Below are positions 7,757 through 16,917 of a DNA stretch of 24,705 bases, in pieces (positions within the stretch are counted from its first letter, which is position 1; every line of letters begins with the position of its first letter). A program made the translations under genes and the position numbers. This stretch comes from Promethearchaeati archaeon (GTDB lineage Archaea; Asgardarchaeota; Heimdallarchaeia; JABLTI01). Below the pieces are notes generated by a model. The model was not told where the DNA came from. It made no database searches and saw nothing but the letters and a program-made list of their open reading frames with translations. The stretch covers positions 1-24,705 of the forward strand of contig JABLTI010000035.1 of the NCBI GenBank assembly GCA_013166835.1. Reading direction: 5' to 3'.

Positions 7757-8989
7757 TTAAACCCAATCACCGGTTTCAATTTTAGTGGGAAGATACTCCT
7801 CAGTGAAGAATTTAATACCACGACTTGCTAAAGCTTGTATTTCCGCTTTTTGTTTGGTATCAATCATGAGTTTTAGTTCTTTCACCCAATCAGGACGAAC
7901 TCGAACGAATCTTTCTTCCATCATCATTTTTGCTCTGGAAATATCCATTTTACTCATAGGTAAACGACAGTTCTGAGGAAGATTATACTTGTTAAGATCG
8001 GATGGACGAACACCAAGCCACTTAATATTGGGAGTAGCTAATTCATAAGATTCGTAGGATAAAGCCTTACTACCTAAGCCATACACTCTAAGTATGTCTA
8101 AGCCATACGGATCCGAATCCATGATTGCAAACACAGGTAACGAAAGGTCATGACTCATTTTTCTCAAAAAGATTCTTGTAGCAACGTTTGGCTGTCCACT
8201 ACCTGTTAGAATTATACATGGATATTTTTCATAGAATTTATCTTCTGCTAACCTTAGAAATGCTGCTTGTTTCTCTACTACCAGTATGAATTCTGCATCT
8301 GATTCTAAGTCAGTTATGTGATCTTGCATTGGATTAACGTTTTTCCCACTTGACCCTTGTTTTGTACAATCGATTAGGTCCCCGTTATCTAAATAGGATA
8401 CACGACCAACTACTAATCCTCTATCGTTTGCTGTAACATGGATGTTTTTCCGATATGTTCCAAGCAAAACAGCAGTATCTTCAATTAGTGGATCGCTCCC
8501 TCTGTTTTGATCTTCAAATAAAGCTACATCTGTATAGAAGACTTCCCTCTTACTCCCGTGAATATTTAATTCCAATAATTCATGGATAATCTGTAAAACA
8601 CGAAGTTGAGCTGTGAATTTCTTTACAGTCCCTATATCATCCCATTTTCTTTCAAGAAAATTTTCCCCAAGAAGTAGCAGATCCATTTCTTCATCATATA
8701 TTACATTGCTTCCACTTCTAGATGGGACCTTCATTATTGGAGTGCCAGTGTTAATTGTGTCAACAAAGATTTTTCTAAAAATCTCCTCTATCCTTCGCAT
8801 TCCTTCGTCTCTACTTATTTCCCTTATTTCATGAATGCCTTCTGGTAAATCATCTAACTCGTATCTTTTTGTTTTTTTGAGTATATCTCTTTCTTTTAGA
8901 ATTTCTTTTATTTTTGCTTGTGGAACTTCATTTGGGAATTTCTTCTTCTTACTCGACATTTTTTTTCCACTTCTATTCGATAGGTTCAT
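7757..8989 (-). CDS. top6A: DNA topoisomerase VI subunit A (Spo11-like); start may be ATG 8959 (MSSKKKK)
   Basis: Catalytic Tyr region KREVFYTD; TOPRIM motifs VVEKQAAF and DSDPYG; C-terminal KAEIQAL...YLPTKI. Confidence 0.96.
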   Translation of the reverse strand: MNLSNRSGKKMSSKKKKFPNEVPQAKIKEILKERDILKKTKRYELDDLPEGIHEIREISRDEGMRRIEEIFRKIFVDTINTGTPIMKVPSRSGSNVIYDEEMDLLLLGENFLERKWDDIGTVKKFTAQLRVLQIIHELLELNIHGSKREVFYTDVALFEDQNRGSDPLIEDTAVLLGTYRKNIHVTANDRGLVVGRVSYLDNGDLIDCTKQGSSGKNVNPMQDHITDLESDAEFILVVEKQAAFLRLAEDKFYEKYPCIILTGSGQPNVATRIFLRKMSHDLSLPVFAIMDSDPYGLDILRVYGLGSKALSYESYELATPNIKWLGVRPSDLNKYNLPQNCRLPMSKMDISRAKMMMEERFVRVRPDWVKELKLMIDTKQKAEIQALASRGIKFFTEEYLPTKIETGDWV

Positions 8990-9016
8990 TTTTTAATGTT
9001 GAATTTCTGCTGTTTT

Positions 9017-12000
9017 TCAGGACGTTTTTCCTTCCAATTCTACAGATGTTTTGAATGATCGTAAAATATGTTTTCTAATCGCTTTTACTGTTTTTACTCC
9101 TAATCCTTTAACTGATGATGTTTTTGCGATTTTTGCATTTTGGAATTGTTTTACTGTATAAATCCCCATAGTGTTTAACTGCTTCATTATTGCTGGAGTC
9201 ACATGTGGTAACACTTCTACTGATAGCATTTTACGAAGCTCAATGATGTCTTTTTCTTCTATTCCTCTGATTTTTGATAACCGCTTAATGCTCTTCTTGA
9301 AAAGATCGCCTACTGTTTGGACGCCTAGTGCTGCGAAACGTTCTTCTGTTGTTTTCCCTAAACCTGGTAGCTTGCTTATTTTTACAGTTGGTTTCAACAA
9401 ACCTTTTGGTGGTCCTCTCACGACTTTCTCTTCTTCAGATACTTCCTTTGGTTTCTTTGTTCCCAAATATTCAGCAATTGTTGTATCCTTTGGTATTGTT
9501 GGTTTCTTTGTTTTTGCAGTGGTTGTTTTCTTTGTTGGTTTCTTACCAATCGGTTTTTTAGCGGGTGCTTTTGGTGGGGTTTTTGCTGGAGGTTTTTTAG
9601 GTTCCTTTCTTTTTGGAACAACTGTAGAACCAGGGGTCTTTAGCAGTTTTTCTTCAATATCTAACTTTAATTTAGTAATTGTTGGTGATCTTAGCCCTCG
9701 AACAGCTGTTAAACTATCATCTTCTGCTTCATAGAATTGTTTGACAGTAAAAATCCCCATTAAGTTTAGATCTCTCTTTCCTTCAAAATTAATTCTAGGA
9801 AGAACTAAAACATCTGTGTTCCCTCTATTGGTTGAGATAGTTTTTGCTCCCAATCCTTTAATCTTCAGTAATCGACTATTTGAAACCATGTAGAATTTTC
9901 CAACAGATTCAATACCTTTTGCTTCTAATCTTTCCGCCATGGTTTTTCCTACGCCTTCAAGCTCAACTACAGAAGCATCTACTACAATGAAGTCATGCGG
10001 AGGAGTTGGCATCTTAATTTCTGTTGGTTTTGGAATTACTGCTTCAGCTTCTATTGGTTCATCAACACTTACTTCAGCGGTTTCAGCTCTTAATTCTTCA
10101 ATATCCAAGTCAAGAGTGGCTCTTATGAGTTCAAATAAGGCGTTTATTCTTTCGGTGGTTAACCCGTGTATTTTAATTAATTTTGCTTCATCTGCTTCGA
10201 GGAAATCTAAAACACTGTAGATTTTTTTCTTGTGTAATTCTTCTATTGTTTTTGTGGTAACATTCGGTAAGACATTAACGTTACATTTAGATTTCAAATC
10301 AATGATTACTCCAAACGGTAAATTGCTTTGAGTTAAATCATTATTATTTGTTAAGAAGAAATCTTTTACAAATCGTACACCGCGTGTACGGAGAGATTTT
10401 TGTGTTGCAGGACCAATTCCAGGAAGTACTGAAACACTATCTATAGAATTGTAAATTTGCAAACCATCTAAAATACCACGTTCTTTAGCAAATTCATCTA
10501 ATGCTTTAGCACTAACAGATTCAACTAATTCATCTTTTGCTAATTCAGGTAATTCCAATATTGCTCGTAGAATTTGTTCTGCTTGATCAGGTGCTTCTTC
10601 GGATAAACCAAGTGAGATTAGTTCTTGTAATTGATTATCACCTATGAGAATCAAATCTTGTAAAGTTTGAATATCATAACGTTCAAGATTAACACCTTCA
10701 ATGGAATCCATAGGTAACGCTTCAACTGGGATTGGGTTCTTTGGTAAAAATAAAGAGCCTTCTCGTAATTTTAGGCAATTTGAAAATTGTGTTGAACTAA
10801 AGAGAAATTGAAAATCATCTTCATCCATTTTACCGAGCATTTGTCCAACAATAGAAGTTGTAATAGGAGCATACTTTTCAAAAATTTTCATACGCTTGGC
10901 AGCTTGCTCACGTTTCTTCAGAGCTCTTTGGAATCTCATTAATTTTCTGCCTGCTTTTTGCAGGCAAAGTCTTAGTTCTTTTCTGATTTCATCTACTTCA
11001 GCAATATATTCTTTACTTGTTTCTGGAAATGGTATTTTTGTGCTAACTAATGAAACTGCAAAAACTAAAGGATCATTATTCAAATTAGACTTATAATTCG
11101 ACCAATTAATACTTTCAATTGTTTTCTTGATGAGATCGTTTCCTTCTCCAAAAAGCAAAGGAATTCTATTTGCGAATCTTACAAGCTTGTAAGGGGGACT
11201 GTTTCCCTCTCCGCCATAACCAATGGCTACTTCTACTTGAAATGCATGACCGCTATAACTGGAAGGAGGTCTTGTTTCAGAGCAAGTAAATTCTGTTTGG
11301 TAAACATCTTGCAAACCAGCTTCCAAATTTTCATGTCCTAAGGGGGACAGGCATTTGCCATCAGGTGGGAAAAATCTAACTTTTGTGAATCCTTCATGAA
11401 TTAGCCTTCTCAATTCCATTTCATCTAATTTTTTAGGACTCTTTGAAGGAGTAATTTTTGAGATTTTCAAGACATCGGTTGCAGTTTTATCACCTATTCT
11501 TTGGAAATGCTTTTTCAGAAAATCTCTCATGTTTTTAGTATTAGTTCGAGAAATTTCGCTTTTTAATTGATTAATATCGGTACCAACAGGATGCAACGGA
11601 ACTTCTATTGGAGGTGCAGGAATAACATCTACTTTTCTAGTATGAATAATTGGTTCATCAGGATTATCAGGAGTAATAATGGAAAACGAAGCGTAAGGAG
11701 TAATTACAGCCATTTCCTCAAAATATTCGAAAACGTAACGTTTTGCTCTACTCCATGTCCCTGCAAAACAACATGATACTTCTGTTCCATGACCTTTTAA
11801 CTGATTCTTAGATTGACCAGTATATTTCTTCTCATCCACAATTTCTGGTGCATTTTTCACAATATCAATAAATAATTTGTAGTGACTTGTTGATTCAGCA
11901 GATTTCTTTTTGGATACAGCTACTCGAGATTTGATTTCAAAAGGTACTCTAATGGTAGACTGAGAGTAAATCAAAACCATTTTTGCTCCAAGACCAAAAC

Positions 12001-12373
12001 GACCTCTTGACTGCCTTTCACCATAATTCGAACCGGTTAAGACGCGCCCGAATAATTTAGGGATATCAGTATGTCGAATGCCTATACCATTATCACGAAC
12101 AGATAATCTGATGAATTCGAATGTTGCATCTTCATCAATTTGATAATCTTTTATCCCCATTAAATCGCCTATTTCTTCTGTTGGCATTAATTCTATTTTA
12201 ATTTGAATATCTGGTAGAAACCCACCTTTTTCAGCTGCATCTAAAGCGTTTTCTACAAGCTCTCTTACACTGGTATATGTTGATCTAGTAGGATTGTCAA
12301 AACCAGCTATTGCTTTGTTTGCTTCAAAGAATTCCGCAGCGGAACGCTCTATTATTTTTTCACGCGCAATCAT
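9017..12373 (-). CDS. top6B: DNA topoisomerase VI subunit B with a very long C-terminal HhH-repeat extension
   Basis: GHKL motifs RELVENALDA, DNGIGI, SRGRFGLGAK, GTEV; H2TH (FQRIGDKTA); transducer RFANRIPLLF and KIPFPETSKE. 1118 aa, roughly twice the core length. Lies directly upstream of top6A. Confidence 0.95.
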   Translation of the reverse strand: MIAREKIIERSAAEFFEANKAIAGFDNPTRSTYTSVRELVENALDAAEKGGFLPDIQIKIELMPTEEIGDLMGIKDYQIDEDATFEFIRLSVRDNGIGIRHTDIPKLFGRVLTGSNYGERQSRGRFGLGAKMVLIYSQSTIRVPFEIKSRVAVSKKKSAESTSHYKLFIDIVKNAPEIVDEKKYTGQSKNQLKGHGTEVSCCFAGTWSRAKRYVFEYFEEMAVITPYASFSIITPDNPDEPIIHTRKVDVIPAPPIEVPLHPVGTDINQLKSEISRTNTKNMRDFLKKHFQRIGDKTATDVLKISKITPSKSPKKLDEMELRRLIHEGFTKVRFFPPDGKCLSPLGHENLEAGLQDVYQTEFTCSETRPPSSYSGHAFQVEVAIGYGGEGNSPPYKLVRFANRIPLLFGEGNDLIKKTIESINWSNYKSNLNNDPLVFAVSLVSTKIPFPETSKEYIAEVDEIRKELRLCLQKAGRKLMRFQRALKKREQAAKRMKIFEKYAPITTSIVGQMLGKMDEDDFQFLFSSTQFSNCLKLREGSLFLPKNPIPVEALPMDSIEGVNLERYDIQTLQDLILIGDNQLQELISLGLSEEAPDQAEQILRAILELPELAKDELVESVSAKALDEFAKERGILDGLQIYNSIDSVSVLPGIGPATQKSLRTRGVRFVKDFFLTNNNDLTQSNLPFGVIIDLKSKCNVNVLPNVTTKTIEELHKKKIYSVLDFLEADEAKLIKIHGLTTERINALFELIRATLDLDIEELRAETAEVSVDEPIEAEAVIPKPTEIKMPTPPHDFIVVDASVVELEGVGKTMAERLEAKGIESVGKFYMVSNSRLLKIKGLGAKTISTNRGNTDVLVLPRINFEGKRDLNLMGIFTVKQFYEAEDDSLTAVRGLRSPTITKLKLDIEEKLLKTPGSTVVPKRKEPKKPPAKTPPKAPAKKPIGKKPTKKTTTAKTKKPTIPKDTTIAEYLGTKKPKEVSEEEKVVRGPPKGLLKPTVKISKLPGLGKTTEERFAALGVQTVGDLFKKSIKRLSKIRGIEEKDIIELRKMLSVEVLPHVTPAIMKQLNTMGIYTVKQFQNAKIAKTSSVKGLGVKTVKAIRKHILRSFKTSVELEGKTS
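9060..10436 (-). repeat. Three protein-level ~105-aa repeats, each with two (HhH)2 units, in the Top6B C-terminus
   Basis: Modules begin VSVLPGIGPAT (~10436), VVELEGVGKTM (~9970) and ISKLPGLGKTT (~9379). Each continues G[VI]xxV, then VLPx[VI]...[KG]I[YF][ST]Vx[DQ]FxxA...GL. Confidence 0.85.
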
Positions 12374-12606
12374 TTCTTTTACCTACTAGTCACACCTTAG
12401 TGTATGATAACTGGACTAATATATTCTATGTCCTTTTCACTTTTCTCCGAAACCTATTCACCATGCTTTTGTTCTTAGGAAATATTTTTTCTATCGTTTT
12501 AAGTTCTATTCCTTTTTTTATCATTCATTTCCTAATGGTTTCTTTAATACTTTTACTTTCTAGCAAATTAGAACATACATGCTTTTTTAATTTACGGTGT
12601 AAGACC

Positions 12607-13938
12607 TCACGGTTTTAGGATATCTGGGGTTCTTGGAAACATAATCGCTTGTCTGATGTTGTTCAAACCACATAACCACCAAACTAATCGTTCTATTCCT
12701 AAACCATAACCAGCATGAGGAGGCATACCATATTTGAAGAGATTCAAGTACCAATCATAACTCTCGAGACTAAAACCTTGATTTTTGATCACTTCAACCA
12801 TTTTATCGAATTCATGTACTCGTTGCCCTCCAGTGCAAAGTTCTGCAAAACCATCAGGAGCAACTAGATCAAAACTATTCGAGATTGTTGGGTCTTCGTC
12901 ATTAACACGATAATAAATCCCTCGAGTATGAGTAGGCCATTCTGTGATAAAGAATGGGGTTTTAAAGTGGCGAGATAAAGCAGCTTCCTCTGGAGATGTG
13001 AAATCATCTTCAAAATTCACTTTTTCTTCGAGTTCAAAACCTGTACATAATTCTTTAGCTTCTTGGAAGGGTATTCTTGGGAACCCACCTTTGAGTTTCT
13101 TTGGTTTCGCACCTAATTCAGCCAAAGGTTCTTTGGCAGTTTTTATGGTTGTATTTACAACATAAACCATCATGTCATCTAATACTTGCATAATACTAAT
13201 GTGATCATGAAAAGCAGCTTCTACTTCTATTTGCCAGAATTCTGCCACATGTTTTCGAGTTCGAGATTTTTCCATTCGAAAAGAGGGAATTATTCCGAAA
13301 ACTTTCTCATGCGCAGTTATTGCTGCTTGCTTGTAAAATTGGCCACTTTGAGCTAAAAACGCATCTTTTTCGAAGAATTTTATTGGAAACAACGTAGCTC
13401 CACCTTCTGTTGCAGTAGCGACCATTAAGGGTGAGAATAACTCAACATATTCTCTTTTAAGGAAGAATTCACGAGTTGCTTGAGCAACATGAGTTTTAAC
13501 TTCAAATGGTAATTTATTCTTCGGCATTCGAATAGTCATTTCTCGAAAAGCAAAAACTGTGCCATCATCCATTGGAGTTCGACCTGTAATATCAACTGGA
13601 ACTGGACCTTGAACTTGATTTAATACTAAGACTTCTTCCGGCAGAATTTCTATTCCACCAGGTGCTTGTTCGTTTTTCTTTATTTTACCTGTAATCCATA
13701 CTATGGTTTCATTCTTTAATCCAATGAGAGCTTCCCAAAGCTCTTCAGAAACCTTAGTTTTAATTCCTGTAACTTGTATTTTTCCACTTGAATCCCTTAC
13801 AGTAAGAAAGCAAATCTTGCCTTTATGAACTAGATGTTCAGCCCAACCACCTATAGATACTTGTGATCCATCATCTAGTTTTTTAATTTTCTTAATAGCG
13901 ATTTTCTTTGAGTAATCTACCATGTGAATTCCACTCAA
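12607..13938 (-). CDS. asnS: Class IIb asparaginyl/aspartyl-tRNA synthetase, AsnRS-like overall (start may be ATG 13923)
   Basis: OB-fold (FLTVRDSSGKIQV, APGGIEI), TEGGATLF, motif 2 PSFRMEKSRTRKHVAEFWQIEVE, DLVAPDGFAE, motif 3 PPHAGYGLGIERLVWW...FPR. Specificity is uncertain (see findings). Confidence 0.7.
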   Translation of the reverse strand: MSGIHMVDYSKKIAIKKIKKLDDGSQVSIGGWAEHLVHKGKICFLTVRDSSGKIQVTGIKTKVSEELWEALIGLKNETIVWITGKIKKNEQAPGGIEILPEEVLVLNQVQGPVPVDITGRTPMDDGTVFAFREMTIRMPKNKLPFEVKTHVAQATREFFLKREYVELFSPLMVATATEGGATLFPIKFFEKDAFLAQSGQFYKQAAITAHEKVFGIIPSFRMEKSRTRKHVAEFWQIEVEAAFHDHISIMQVLDDMMVYVVNTTIKTAKEPLAELGAKPKKLKGGFPRIPFQEAKELCTGFELEEKVNFEDDFTSPEEAALSRHFKTPFFITEWPTHTRGIYYRVNDEDPTISNSFDLVAPDGFAELCTGGQRVHEFDKMVEVIKNQGFSLESYDWYLNLFKYGMPPHAGYGLGIERLVWWLCGLNNIRQAIMFPRTPDILKP

Positions 13939-14127
13939 GTGAGTGTATCTCTTTTAGTCGTGAGTTTGTTGCTTATGCTTAAAAGGTTTTTTTTGTTTAT
14001 TCATATTGCTAACTGGGCTTATCGCAATAAATCTTGGTAATATAAAAAAACCTCAGAATTATATTCTCAAATAATCTGAATTATATATAGATAGCAATTT
14101 GAGTTGGGTTATAGCACTTAGTTTGAA

Positions 14128-14529
14128 TTAACTCTTTATTTTTCTAATTGCGTCTGCGGCCCAAGATCTTACTCGAATATCTTCATCTTCTAAAGCTATT
14201 TTAGTTAATTCAGTAACAGCGTCTTCATCACCAATACTACCTAAAGCAACTGCAGCTTCTAAGCGAACACCAACGATTTGATCAGTTTTAAGAATTTCAA
14301 TCAATGTTCCAACGGCTTCCTCTGCTTCATCACCCAAATCCCCTAGGGCAGCAGCAGCTGAGGAACGAACTAAGGAATCCCTATCTTCTTTGAGAATTTT
14401 TGCTAATTCTTCAACAGCTTCTTTGGCTTTTAATTCGCCTAATCTTGTAGCAGCTCTAGAGCGAACCCAACCATCTCGATCCTTTAGATTTTTAATAAGT
14501 TGCTCAAGCTGTTTTTCGTCGTAGCTCAT
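14128..14529 (-). CDS. HEAT/PBS-lyase-like repeat protein (4 repeats)
   Basis: Repeated L.D.D..VR..AA..LG.. units (VRSRAATRLG, VRSSAAAALG, VRLEAAVALG, VRSWAADAI). Confidence 0.9.
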   Translation of the reverse strand: MSYDEKQLEQLIKNLKDRDGWVRSRAATRLGELKAKEAVEELAKILKEDRDSLVRSSAAAALGDLGDEAEEAVGTLIEILKTDQIVGVRLEAAVALGSIGDEDAVTELTKIALEDEDIRVRSWAADAIRKIKS

Positions 14530-14689
14530 ATAATAACCTTCGACTAATCATATAGTAAACAATCAGCTTACTAGAAGAAAAGTGTTATTGAATCATTTTA
14601 AAGAGTTTCGACAAAAATAATGTTTTTTTAAATAAGAAACTTGTTTGTTTGGAAAATTATCGAAATTTTAATGAAGAACGTGTAATGAT

Positions 14690-15202
14690 TTGTCAGTCAT
14701 GAAGGTTTTCTCTGTTATTGGATTCACAAATTCTGGTAAAACAAGTACTTTAATTGAGATAATAAAAGAGCTTGTTAAACGAGGAAAAACTGTTCATACT
14801 GTTAAAGCAATCCATATAGATGGGTTCAGTATTGAATCAGAAGGCAAGGATTCTTGGTTACATAGAGAAGCAGGAGCAACCCGTACTGCAACTAGATCAA
14901 ATACTGAAACAACAATAATGTACCAAAAAGCCATGAGTGCTAAGGAACTAATCCCGTTTTTTGATGCTGACTACTTAGTTTTAGAAGGTTTTTCTTCTGA
15001 GAAAAAAGTGCCTAAAGTTTTATGTTCAAAGAATCTAGCTGACTTGGAGAAATTACTAGATGATTCTGTATTTGTTATATCTGGAGTAATTAGCAATGAA
15101 ATTAATGAATATCAAGGAATAAGAATTATTAATAGTCATGATTCCATTTCAGAACTAGTGGATTTAGTGGAAAGAAACGTAATAAACAGCTCAAGTGTTT
15201 AG
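14690..15202 (+). CDS. mobB: Molybdopterin-guanine dinucleotide biosynthesis protein B (MobB); start may be ATG 14699
   Basis: P-loop GFTNSGKT, TVKAIH, EGKDSWLHREAGA, DYLVLEGF. Confidence 0.85.
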   Translation: MSVMKVFSVIGFTNSGKTSTLIEIIKELVKRGKTVHTVKAIHIDGFSIESEGKDSWLHREAGATRTATRSNTETTIMYQKAMSAKELIPFFDADYLVLEGFSSEKKVPKVLCSKNLADLEKLLDDSVFVISGVISNEINEYQGIRIINSHDSISELVDLVERNVINSSSV

Positions 15203-16029
15203 AATTCTAGGTTTTGCTTGAAATATTCAATCAAATCTTTTTTCCGATAGATTTCTCTTGGAAGAGCAATATTCCTTAGTTTAAATAACATCTTCAAGTA
15301 ATTCGTAGGCATTAGTCCTATTTTACTTAAACAAGTTTCATCCATTAAGAAATCATTAATGGGTAAATCATAGGTAATTTGTCCTTCAGTTAAAGCAATT
15401 ACTCGAGAACAATTCTCTAAAATAGAATCTATGTTATGAGTTATCAAAATTATGAGTTTCCCTTCTTCACTCAGGATTTGAATGTATTTAGCTAGATTTT
15501 CTCTTTGCTTAAAATCAATTCCTGAAAAGGGTTCATCTAAAATAATTGCTTGTGGTTCTTGTATTAAAACAGTTGCTAGAGCTAGTTTCTGTTTTTCCCC
15601 ACGACTCAAATTTCTTGGATGAGTGTTTCGATACTGCTCAAGATCAAAGAAACTGAGCATTTTACTTATTCGTAAATCTTGTTCTTCTTTTCCAATATTT
15701 AATCTATAAAGGCTTAAAGCTAATTCTTTTTCCACAGAATTAGTAAAAAGCATTTGATTTGGGTTTTGGAAAACAAATCCTATTTTTGTGGCAATATCAG
15801 CAATTGATTTATCACTAGTTGATTCCCCAGAAATATTTATGCGACCTTTTTGAGGTTTTAGCATTCCGTTTAATAATTTAACAAGTGTTGTTTTTCCAGA
15901 TCCATTCTGACCAATTATCGCTACTTGTTCACCTAAATTGAAAGATAATGTAATGTTGCTAAATAATAATGAATCACTAGTGTATCCAAAAGATAAACCA
16001 GAGACAACTATGTAGCTCATGATAACCAC
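15199..16029 (-). CDS. ECF transporter ATPase (EcfA2/CbiO-like); likely start ATG 16020, coupled to the upstream stop (ATGA)
   Basis: GQNGSGKT, GFVFQNPNQMLF, HPRNLSRGEKQK, LDEPFSGID, ITHN. Confidence 0.88.
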   Translation of the reverse strand: MVIMSYIVVSGLSFGYTSDSLLFSNITLSFNLGEQVAIIGQNGSGKTTLVKLLNGMLKPQKGRINISGESTSDKSIADIATKIGFVFQNPNQMLFTNSVEKELALSLYRLNIGKEEQDLRISKMLSFFDLEQYRNTHPRNLSRGEKQKLALATVLIQEPQAIILDEPFSGIDFKQRENLAKYIQILSEEGKLIILITHNIDSILENCSRVIALTEGQITYDLPINDFLMDETCLSKIGLMPTNYLKMLFKLRNIALPREIYRKKDLIEYFKQNLEF

Positions 16030-16856
16030 TCCGCTAATATCTCTGTAGCTTCTTCAAAGGATGTTGGGATTCTGCTTACGGGTAAATTGCTCTCCTTTAA
16101 TTCATAGAAAAGTGAGGTTATAGTTGCTGGAATTAATCCATTCTCTCTTAGTAATTTAACATCAGTTAAAATATTATTAGGCGTACTATCAGCAATGATT
16201 TTTCCATCATTAATTAGAAGAATTCTTGTAGCAATTTGAGCTACAAAATCTAAATCATGATCAATTAAAACAATGGTTTTTTGTTCGTTTTGATTTAGCT
16301 CCTTGAGGATTTTCATTAAATTAATTTTACTTGTCGTATCCACCATACTTGAGCTTTCATCTAAAACTAATATATCTGGTTCCATTGATAGGATTGATGC
16401 TAAGATAACCTTTTGCTTTTCACCCTCACTCAAATTGGCAGTTTGTCGATAACGTAAATGCGAAATATTGAGTTTCTCAAGTATTTTATTCAGTTTGTTA
16501 TCCATTTCTTCTACAGATAATCCTAGATTTTCCATTCCAAAAGTAATTTCAGATTCTACATGAGGAGAGGCAATTTGAAAACTAGGTTCTTGTAATATGT
16601 ATCCTATTTTTTCACTCATTTCTTCTACAGATACTAAAGCAGTATTTTTGCCATCTATAATTACTGATCCTGAGAAAATTCCTTTGATTGTATGGGGAAT
16701 TAATCCATTGAAAAGATAGCAAATTGTACTTTTACCACTTCCAGTTGGTCCGATAATTCCTATTATTTCCCCTTTAGAGATATTAAGAGAAAAATCTTGC
16801 AGTACTGATTTTTTAGAATTCAAGTATCGAAAATTGACCTTCTCTATCTCAATCAT
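16017..16856 (-). CDS. ECF transporter ATPase (EcfA1/CbiO-like)
   Basis: GPTGSGKST, NGLIPH, LQEPSFQI, EITFGMENLG, LSEGEKQK, LVLDE, IDHD. Confidence 0.88.
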   Translation of the reverse strand: MIEIEKVNFRYLNSKKSVLQDFSLNISKGEIIGIIGPTGSGKSTICYLFNGLIPHTIKGIFSGSVIIDGKNTALVSVEEMSEKIGYILQEPSFQIASPHVESEITFGMENLGLSVEEMDNKLNKILEKLNISHLRYRQTANLSEGEKQKVILASILSMEPDILVLDESSSMVDTTSKINLMKILKELNQNEQKTIVLIDHDLDFVAQIATRILLINDGKIIADSTPNNILTDVKLLRENGLIPATITSLFYELKESNLPVSRIPTSFEEATEILAEWLS

Positions 16857-16917
16857 TTAGAATCATATGAAAACCATTTAATAATATTTAAAAAATTTTG
16901 GAGAGGATGGACGCTAA

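Noticed and set aside
7785-11776. Multiple short ORFs overlapping top6A and top6B, including the 187-aa + ORF at 9171-9734
   Set aside because: Antisense or alternative-frame shadows; their hydrophobicity simply mirrors Lys codons on the coding strand.
12310-12618. 102-aa hydrophobic + ORF, and a ~32-aa basic - strand ORF, between asnS and top6B
   Set aside because: The + ORF overlaps both flanking genes and reflects T-rich intergenic DNA. The short ORF has no supporting motif.
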